From a virus (Duplodnaviria > Heunggongvirae > Uroviricota > Caudoviricetes): a stretch of 13,197 bases of DNA. The position numbers and the translations under genes were made by a program. Shown here in pieces: positions 7,090-13,069 of the stretch. The notes beneath the pieces were generated by a model. That model saw only the letters and a program-made list of their open reading frames with translations. It did not search any database and was not told where the DNA came from. Where the stretch lies: IMG/VR virus record IMGVR_UViG_3300012933_000236, positions 64,001-77,197 of that record. One strand, written 5' to 3'. Numbering within the stretch: position 1 is the first letter of the stretch; every line of letters starts with the position of its first letter.

Positions 7090-7118
7090 AGTATAGCACA
7101 AGTTCTTTACATCAACAA
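7090..7118 (-). promoter_or_regulatory. possible sigma70 extended -10 promoter
   Basis: TTGTTG (7118-7113), 17 nt, then TATACT (7095-7090) preceded by TG. The -35 is weak. Confidence 0.45.
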
Positions 7119-8066
7119 GCTTTTACGCTTTTCTTTTGATGTTTTAGATTGTCTATGTCGATGTACAGCACCGCATTCATTACAACGAACTTCGTCAAAT
7201 ACATTGAGCGATGTTTCGATTGTACGACCTGTAGCTTCAACTTCTGAACTACCACATACACGGCAACGAATTAAATCATCATCGTAGTACAAAGCTGCAT
7301 TGAAGTCTGAACCTGCACGACCTAGTTGACGAGTACGCAAATAAACATCATACAATAAATCTACGTCTTGTTCGCAGTAAGTTACCATATCTTTCATAGC
7401 TTGTACATCACCTTCTTGGACTTTGCGCCACAATGAAATACCACCTGTGCTTACTTTGCGACCTAATCCAAAGAACTCACCAATTGCATCTAAACGATTA
7501 CTTGGTAGCTTCAAGTACTTCTTAACCAGTTGTAAAGTATCTAATACTTTAACTTGTGGCAATGGAGGAAAACCATTGTAGATTGCTCTGGCCTGTACCA
7601 CCTTATGATCAAAACCTAAACTATTGTGTGCAAGTACAGCATCTGCTTCTTCGTATAGTTCAAATAGTTTTGCAATAATTCGTGAGTCATCTTTAGCAAT
7701 TACTTCTTCTGGTGTGAGGTAAATACTTTGTGTGTTGTTACTACCTAACCAGCGCCAGCAAGCACACAAAATCCAACCACCGTTATCTAAGATATTATCT
7801 TGTGATAAATTTACTTTGAATCGACCAAAGGTAAGTGCAGTAGCTGCTGCGGTTTCAGTATCGAATACTAAAATCTTTGGACCTTCTGTTTTCTTAAATG
7901 CTACTTCTTCTGGATCATAGAAAGGTTTAGGATCAGCAATCCAACGATTCCAAATATCATTAACAGTAGATTTACCAATACCTAGTTGTTCTGCAACATG
8001 TCTGCTACTCATACCAGCGCCTGTCATTCTCACGACTTGTTCCACGATCTTATCTGAATGTTTCAT
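7107..8066 (-). CDS. DnaQ/RNase H-like DEDDy 3'-5' exonuclease with N-terminal HTH and C-terminal Zn ribbon
   Basis: ExoI VFDTETA, ExoII HNSLGFD, ExoIII YCEQDV. HTH SSRHVAEQLGIGKSTVNDIW. CRVC...CNEC. Confidence 0.88.
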   Translation of the reverse strand: MKHSDKIVEQVVRMTGAGMSSRHVAEQLGIGKSTVNDIWNRWIADPKPFYDPEEVAFKKTEGPKILVFDTETAAATALTFGRFKVNLSQDNILDNGGWILCACWRWLGSNNTQSIYLTPEEVIAKDDSRIIAKLFELYEEADAVLAHNSLGFDHKVVQARAIYNGFPPLPQVKVLDTLQLVKKYLKLPSNRLDAIGEFFGLGRKVSTGGISLWRKVQEGDVQAMKDMVTYCEQDVDLLYDVYLRTRQLGRAGSDFNAALYYDDDLIRCRVCGSSEVEATGRTIETSLNVFDEVRCNECGAVHRHRQSKTSKEKRKSLLM

Positions 8067-8245
8067 TCTACGTTTCCTTCCGTTACGGTTGCATCATGTT
8101 TATAAACCCAATTTAAAGCATTGAATTGCCCACCTTCTCTTGTCCAGTAAGCTTTATCTTCAATAAAAGTTACTTCGAATTCTTCACCGATACGTTTATT
8201 GTACCAAAGAAGAGCATCATTGCAGTCAATTATTTTGATCTTCAT
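8063..8245 (-). CDS. small hypothetical phage protein
   Basis: 60 aa, SD AAGGA. Overlaps both neighbours in a tightly packed operon. Confidence 0.7.
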   Translation of the reverse strand: MKIKIIDCNDALLWYNKRIGEEFEVTFIEDKAYWTREGGQFNALNWVYKHDATVTEGNVE

Positions 8246-8753
8246 GTGAATCCTTTATCTCTTGTATTAAAGTGCGAATTGTATCATAACTGAATTGCTT
8301 TGTCAATACAGCTTTTTGAAATAACTTCTTTCGTTCTGCACCGTTCTTACCTCTACTTTGATTCAAAGCTACCAAAAGGTTATCTTTTTGTGATTCTTTT
8401 AGCTTGTTAAATTCTGTATTGATCTTTTTAATCCAACCATTATGACGATACCTACCATCAGGTTCTTTCTCAAGATAATCAGCGCACTCTCTAAGTAAAG
8501 AAGGTAGATCATTAGGATACCACCAAGCAATCAATCGTGTAAATGCATTTTCACTTTTACCTAAGAAAGCATTAACCTGACGATGTAATACACCTCTTAC
8601 GAATTGAGTCTCGTCATGTGCATGATCAAGAACATGTTGCTTGACTGGAATATCCAAACCAGTTACTGCACAAGTATTAAATTGCTCTTTAGTTAACTGT
8701 TCGCGTACTTTCTTTACATCTGCAGTGTTGTATAAATCAGTTGTCTTCGTCAT
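8226..8753 (-). CDS. recombination endonuclease VII-like (His-Me finger) resolvase
   Basis: VLDHAHD...VRGVLHRQVNAFLG matches the T4 gp49-type DHxH / RGxL / N motif. Confidence 0.85.
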   Translation of the reverse strand: MTKTTDLYNTADVKKVREQLTKEQFNTCAVTGLDIPVKQHVLDHAHDETQFVRGVLHRQVNAFLGKSENAFTRLIAWWYPNDLPSLLRECADYLEKEPDGRYRHNGWIKKINTEFNKLKESQKDNLLVALNQSRGKNGAERKKLFQKAVLTKQFSYDTIRTLIQEIKDSHEDQNN

Positions 8754-9724
8754 AGCATAATACCTCTTTCATCCATAAAGTCATATACATCACTAGGATC
8801 ATTCCAGCTTCTTTTCATGTAGGCGCACTTCCAATACATTTTTAGCATCATCTGCCAATCTGCAATGTGTTCCTTACCATGACAATCTGTGTATTCAAAT
8901 TTATCAGGATATAGTCGTTTAAATTCAGCAAACATAATCCGCATAATCTCTTGTTCTGTAGTAGCATTCTCTAAAGCTTTCATTGCTTTGGCAGGTCCAT
9001 ACTTTACTTGAGACAATTGATAACCTTGGTAGGTATCTGCAGTATCTCCAGCTAGTACTTGAAATGCTAAGAACTTTAAACCATCACCTTTGATTGTAGT
9101 TTTAACTTTACGCAAGTGTCCAACTGTTGGAATAAGGTGAATCTTGGGTTCTTCATCTGTCCAGTTAAAAAGATGAATTCCTTGAGACTGATAGCTATCC
9201 TTATCTACACTCGCTAACACCGCTTCCTGATCGTTATAGAGGGCTTCATAAGCACGTATCGTTACTACGTCATCAACCTCTAGACCGTTATCAATAAGTT
9301 TTGCTTTGTACTTTCGCTTAAGATGATTTCTCACTGCAACTAAATGCACAGGTTTGATCGTGTCTTGTCTGTTGTCTTTATATGGTGTAGGTAGAGCTAA
9401 GTCATGTCTGAACGTTTTACCGCTACCAATATAAATTTCAACTTCATCAGTCCAAGTAGATTCCTGTAATCTTTCAATTGATTTGTTTACAGTAGATATA
9501 GCAAATGAAATATCTAAAGGATGTTGTTGATCTTCAATGCTGTAATCTTCAGCTTTAAATTCCATACCTTTATCAGTTAGAAACTTCTTTAGTTCCGTTC
9601 TGGTTTTAAACTCTTTTTCTCTATTTGACTTCAAATGCTTTGCAATAATCGTGCGACTTTCGGCTGCAGCAGCATGTTTATACGCCACTAAGTCACCGTC
9701 TACGATTAAGAGTCTTTTACTCAT
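8750..9724 (-). CDS. 5'-3' exonuclease / flap endonuclease (T7 gp6 / T5 D15-like)
   Basis: LLIVDGDLVAY, GKTFR, EVDDVV, SVDKD and GDTADTYQG...YGPAKA (H3TH motif). Confidence 0.92.
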   Translation of the reverse strand: MSKRLLIVDGDLVAYKHAAAAESRTIIAKHLKSNREKEFKTRTELKKFLTDKGMEFKAEDYSIEDQQHPLDISFAISTVNKSIERLQESTWTDEVEIYIGSGKTFRHDLALPTPYKDNRQDTIKPVHLVAVRNHLKRKYKAKLIDNGLEVDDVVTIRAYEALYNDQEAVLASVDKDSYQSQGIHLFNWTDEEPKIHLIPTVGHLRKVKTTIKGDGLKFLAFQVLAGDTADTYQGYQLSQVKYGPAKAMKALENATTEQEIMRIMFAEFKRLYPDKFEYTDCHGKEHIADWQMMLKMYWKCAYMKRSWNDPSDVYDFMDERGIML

Positions 9725-9735
9725 AGGCTCTCCTT

Positions 9736-9766
9736 AAAGAAAAACCCGAGGGTATTAGCCTCGGGT
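9736..9766 (-). terminator. intrinsic terminator between the DsbA/GapR-like gene and the 5'-3' exonuclease
   Basis: ACCCGAGG-CTAATAC-CCTCGGGT followed by TTTTCTTT on the minus strand. Confidence 0.85.
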
Positions 9767-9771
9767 GAATA

Positions 9772-9990
9772 TTAGCTACGGCTAATGTCAATAGCTTTTA
9801 GAATTTCATCTGATTTAGCTTTTAGTTCATCAACCTTGTTCTTAACGATTGCTTTTGCTACTGCACTAACAATTGCTGGATCAAGACCTGATTCCTTAGC
9901 TTCATCTTTAATTTCTTTAGCTTCTTCAGCAAGTGATTGCTCTTCAGTATAAATACGAACTAACTTGGCGATTGCTTCTTTTTGATTCAT
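9772..9990 (-). CDS. small dsDNA-binding protein (T4 DsbA / GapR-like)
   Basis: 72-aa helical protein with the pattern EEQSLAEEAKEIKDEAKESGLDPAIVSAVAK. Confidence 0.7.
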   Translation of the reverse strand: MNQKEAIAKLVRIYTEEQSLAEEAKEIKDEAKESGLDPAIVSAVAKAIVKNKVDELKAKSDEILKAIDISRS

Positions 9991-9991
9991 A

Positions 9992-10201
9992 TTAATCCTT
10001 CTTAGTAAAAACTGCTTTGCTGAAAATTGTCAAGTTCAATAGAACTACCGCTGCCCACTGATAAAAACCAAATGGAATTGCTAGAACTGGAAACAATGTA
10101 TTTAGTGACCAGATAATAGCAAGGGGTCCAAAGATGATCAGTAACACAGCAAAAGTAAGCATGAAAACGATTGTCATAATATCCTTAGTTTGTTTTGTCA
10201 T
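9992..10201 (-). CDS. small two-TM membrane protein
   Basis: 69 aa, mostly hydrophobic (FAVLLIIFGPLAIIWSLNTLFP...WAAVVLLNLTIF). SD AAGGA. Confidence 0.75.
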   Translation of the reverse strand: MTKQTKDIMTIVFMLTFAVLLIIFGPLAIIWSLNTLFPVLAIPFGFYQWAAVVLLNLTIFSKAVFTKKD

Positions 10202-10213
10202 GTTAATCCTTAA

Positions 10214-10855
10214 TTAAAATGGAATGTCATCGTCATCATCAAGGGTTGCTGCAGGTTTTGCAGTAGGTTTAGCTTTAGCTGCAGCTTTAGCTTTTGGTGC
10301 TGGCGCTGGTTCTTCAGCTTCATCATCAAATTCGCTACCAGCTTCGTATCCTGCACCCTCTTCGACTACATATTCAATCATTGATGTAACTAGTACATTC
10401 TTTAGATAGAAAGATGTAGTGCCATTGGTGCGCTCAAACTTATCAATGCTGATTGAACCGTAAGAACCATTTGCAGGTAGCTTACTGTTAGTAACATCAA
10501 CTAGTGCTTTACCGACTTTCTCAAAGACTTTTGGCTTGTACAAATCAGGTACAGGTTTACCAGTTTTACCTAGCTCTGTAGACTTACGTAATGTTACAAC
10601 CCAAATATTCTTACCTGCATCTTCTGGAGGTGCTACTTTATAGATACCTTCAAATTCACTGGTTTTAACCTTCTTGATTGAAGTCTTGGCATCTACTTGT
10701 TTAGCGAATGCTTCGTATTCATCTAGTACATCTTCATCAGTAATGGCTACCGAAGCTTTCCATTCATCTGGCTTTGGTGCATCACCTGCTTTAACATAAC
10801 CTTTGACTGGTTTGTGTAGTTGTACATAGAGAAGCATACCTGTTAGTTTTTGCAT
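10214..10855 (-). CDS. ssb: single-stranded DNA-binding protein (T7 gp2.5-like, acidic tail)
   Basis: Beta-rich body, C-terminal DDDDDIPF tail, replication-gene context, SD AAGGA. Confidence 0.8.
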   Translation of the reverse strand: MQKLTGMLLYVQLHKPVKGYVKAGDAPKPDEWKASVAITDEDVLDEYEAFAKQVDAKTSIKKVKTSEFEGIYKVAPPEDAGKNIWVVTLRKSTELGKTGKPVPDLYKPKVFEKVGKALVDVTNSKLPANGSYGSISIDKFERTNGTTSFYLKNVLVTSMIEYVVEEGAGYEAGSEFDDEAEEPAPAPKAKAAAKAKPTAKPAATLDDDDDIPF

Positions 10856-10945
10856 AATATTTCCTTTCGACTATTAATAAAAGACTCTACTTGTAACGGA
10901 AGTAGTAACCGAAGTGCAGTTACATCAGAAGTATCTGCTGTAGCA

Positions 10946-10974
10946 ATTATAGCAAACTGCAAATGCTTTGTCAA
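10946..10974 (-). promoter_or_regulatory. consensus sigma70 promoter driving ssb and downstream genes
   Basis: TTGACA (10974-10969), 17 nt, then TATAAT (10951-10946) plus extended TG. Perfect consensus. Confidence 0.92.
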
Positions 10975-10992
10975 TAGTTATTTGACTTTATT

Positions 10993-11067
10993 TGGTGGGT
11001 CAGACTGGACTTGAACCAGCACTATCTCGATTATGAGTCGAGGGCTTCACCTTTAAGCTACTGACCC
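10993..11067 (-). tRNA. tRNA with CAT anticodon (probably Ile2/lysidine type, otherwise elongator Met), CCA encoded
   Basis: GGGTCAG/CTGACCC acceptor stem, GCTT/AAGC D stem, CTCGA-CTCATAA-TCGAG anticodon arm, GCTGG-TTCAAGT-CCAGT T arm, ACCA end; 75 nt. Confidence 0.95.
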
Positions 11068-11079
11068 GTTGGTTATTAA

Positions 11080-11394
11080 TTATTTGTAAACAATAACTGT
11101 TTTCTGTTCAGGTGTTACAAACTTATAACCTTGGTATTCTGAACCGTAGTGACTTGCATACCAACCGTAGAACTTAACAAAGCAATCTTGATCACCTTTG
11201 CTAAACTTCCATACACACCAATAATCAGAACCTTGATCTTCACCACCATATCGATCTACTGCTGCGTAATTGATCATCTGATTGTCAAGTGCAGTGGCAA
11301 TTTCACCATAACAACCGTATTCATCCATCATTTGTTCCAGTGAACCATCAGTTACAGCATCAAATATAACCTGTAAAGCTTCTTTAAGATTCAT
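11080..11394 (-). CDS. hypothetical protein, paralog 3 (GGEDQGSDYW family)
   Basis: 104 aa from ATG 11394 (SD AAGGAG). Shares VDRYGGEDQGSDYW and the WYASxxGxxY..V.P..KT..V motif with the neighbouring gene. Confidence 0.85.
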   Translation of the reverse strand: MNLKEALQVIFDAVTDGSLEQMMDEYGCYGEIATALDNQMINYAAVDRYGGEDQGSDYWCVWKFSKGDQDCFVKFYGWYASHYGSEYQGYKFVTPEQKTVIVYK

Positions 11395-11590
11395 ATACAA
11401 CTCCTTATTTCTTTACAAACACTGTAATAGTTTTCTCTACGGGTTTAACCTCATAGAATTCTTCGTAAGTTGAACCTTCATATGATGCGTACCAACCTTG
11501 GAACTGAATGAATACAACTTCCATTCCATCAGTAAATGAATAAACACTCCAGTAGTCAGAACCTTGATCTTCACCACCATAACGATCTAC
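11225..11590. repeat. dispersed direct repeat: 11225-11259 and 11556-11590 (26 nt identical, 34/35 overall)
   Basis: TCAGAACCTTGATCTTCACCACCATA occurs at 11225-11250 and 11556-11581, each followed by one variable base and CGATCTAC. Confidence 0.95.
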
Positions 11591-11752
11591 AAGTTCAAAT
11601 TTGATTTTAGCTTCAGTAAGTTGTTTTTTGAATTCTACAACGCTATCGTCATCCCATTTAGAAAGTTCAATACCAATTTCACAATTAAAAAACTCACGTT
11701 TAACATCTTCATCAGCTTCTGCAAGCAAAGCATCAATTTTATCTTTTAACAT
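11405..11752 (-). CDS. hypothetical protein, paralog 2 (GGEDQGSDYW family)
   Basis: 115 aa from ATG 11752 (SD AAGGA). The longer ORF call starting at 11932 overlaps the real upstream gene. Confidence 0.85.
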   Translation of the reverse strand: MLKDKIDALLAEADEDVKREFFNCEIGIELSKWDDDSVVEFKKQLTEAKIKFELVDRYGGEDQGSDYWSVYSFTDGMEVVFIQFQGWYASYEGSTYEEFYEVKPVEKTITVFVKK

Positions 11753-11762
11753 ATTGTTCCTT

Positions 11763-12254
11763 TCAAGGGTTGTAAGCGGTAAATACTGTGCATGTAATTT
11801 GTTTTGGTTGTACAAAAGAAAAACCACTATACTCATTACCATTGTATGATGAATATTGGCAATTAATTTTAACATGACCAACAACTTGTTTATTTTCAAG
11901 AATAGCAAACACAGTATATACAGGATATTCACTTAGGTCATTGTCATCAATACTAGATGAGCTATTATGATACAGGTCGTTATCAAATGTAGCAGAATCG
12001 TACTTAACACTCAGATTGACTTCATGAAGATGTGCATTAATTTCATTCTCAATACCATATTCAGGTTTATTACCTCTAAGGCAATTGACAATATCTTGTC
12101 TATTACCTACAAGATACTTTTTAAAGGCAGTCTCAAAGCGTTTATTCCAAGGTAATGCCGTTTGAAGTTGCTTGATCTTCTCTGCAGCTTCTTTTTGAAT
12201 CTGAGCAATCTGCTGCTCTACTGTAGGTTCAGCTACAGCTTTAGTTCGTGCCAT
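11763..12254 (-). CDS. hypothetical protein, diverged paralog 1 with an N-terminal coiled coil
   Basis: C-terminus YSSYNGNEYSGFSFVQPKQITCTVF aligns with YASHYGSEYQGYKFVTPEQKTVIVY and YASYEGSTYEEFYEVKPVEKTITVF. SD AAGGA. Confidence 0.8.
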   Translation of the reverse strand: MARTKAVAEPTVEQQIAQIQKEAAEKIKQLQTALPWNKRFETAFKKYLVGNRQDIVNCLRGNKPEYGIENEINAHLHEVNLSVKYDSATFDNDLYHNSSSSIDDNDLSEYPVYTVFAILENKQVVGHVKINCQYSSYNGNEYSGFSFVQPKQITCTVFTAYNP

Positions 12255-13059
12255 GTTCTAGTTCCTTTCTAATGTTTTCAAACTTTATTGTATCACACAA
12301 ATCAAAGATTTCAGGATAGTTATCTATCGCAAAATCTCTAAACCAACCACTACATAATGTAGTACACACTTTATCAAGTGCTTTGAGATAAGCATGTCTT
12401 GGTGCATAATTCCAGTTACTTGGTACAAGAAAGCGTTCAATTGCAATGACTTGTGTTTCTTCAGCTACGCATTTGATTTTATCATCATTTGATAGCTTGT
12501 CCCACAAATCTTTGTCACACCATGCACTGCTTGCATCACGTTGAAGCTGAGTATACAATGGTTTATCGTGATATGCAACAAGTTCATGCAAATAATCATG
12601 ATTGTATTTCTTCTCAACATAATCATCAAAGAAGTCTTCTACAGATTTCTTCAAACTCGGATGACCTTGTGGATAAGCTGCCATAGTCAACTTTGTTCTA
12701 TTCTCAAGGATAAGTTCATCAACTTTTGTAAACTCTGCACGATATCTTGCAAGATGCTTATGATAGTGCGTAATGTGCTTTTGAAAGCTTAGATCACGCC
12801 ACAGGTGACTGCGTTTGATGATTGCTAGTCCAATCGGATTAACGATGTATACACGTTGACCTGCAATCTCAAAGTAATCATCAGATGCATACTTTTGTAG
12901 ATCAGAGCTACCTAGTGCATTAAAAGCATGATGTTCAATGCGTTTAGTATCATCTTCAATTTTATGCAAGCTAATAATGTCCCAATCAGCATTGGGTTTG
13001 CACTGGAAGTTCGGAGTCCAATGTTCCAATGCACGAGAACCAATCAGTAGGTTTTTCAT
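12241..13059 (-). CDS. putative Pol-beta-superfamily nucleotidyltransferase with a helical C-terminal domain
   Basis: N-terminal hG[GS] motif LIGSRA (G7,S8), then DWDII (D25,D27). SD AAGGAG. The ORF is solid; the function is inferred from the motif. Confidence 0.65.
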   Translation of the reverse strand: MKNLLIGSRALEHWTPNFQCKPNADWDIISLHKIEDDTKRIEHHAFNALGSSDLQKYASDDYFEIAGQRVYIVNPIGLAIIKRSHLWRDLSFQKHITHYHKHLARYRAEFTKVDELILENRTKLTMAAYPQGHPSLKKSVEDFFDDYVEKKYNHDYLHELVAYHDKPLYTQLQRDASSAWCDKDLWDKLSNDDKIKCVAEETQVIAIERFLVPSNWNYAPRHAYLKALDKVCTTLCSGWFRDFAIDNYPEIFDLCDTIKFENIRKELEHGTN

Positions 13060-13069
13060 ATTACTCCTT

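Noticed and set aside
11753-11932. N-terminal 60 aa of the 11405-11932 ORF call
   Set aside because: Overlaps the conserved C-terminal domain of the 11763-12254 gene. ATG 11752 has a proper SD.
12231-12254. MARTKA N-terminus resembling histone H3 (ARTKQ)
   Set aside because: Only a few residues match, which is common in basic N-termini, and the host is bacterial.
337-12792. Antisense or alternate-frame ORFs in the track (337-540, 1750-1932, 3592-3774, 3843-4145, 4386-4643, 7078-7287, 7732-7920, 10224-10409, 11149-11343, 11564-11749, 11601-11849, 11967-12155, 12489-12686, 12541-12792)
   Set aside because: All lie almost entirely within well-supported genes and show no SD or recognisable motif. 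Only 1365-1610 has independent support (SD, lipobox, Pro-rich domain).
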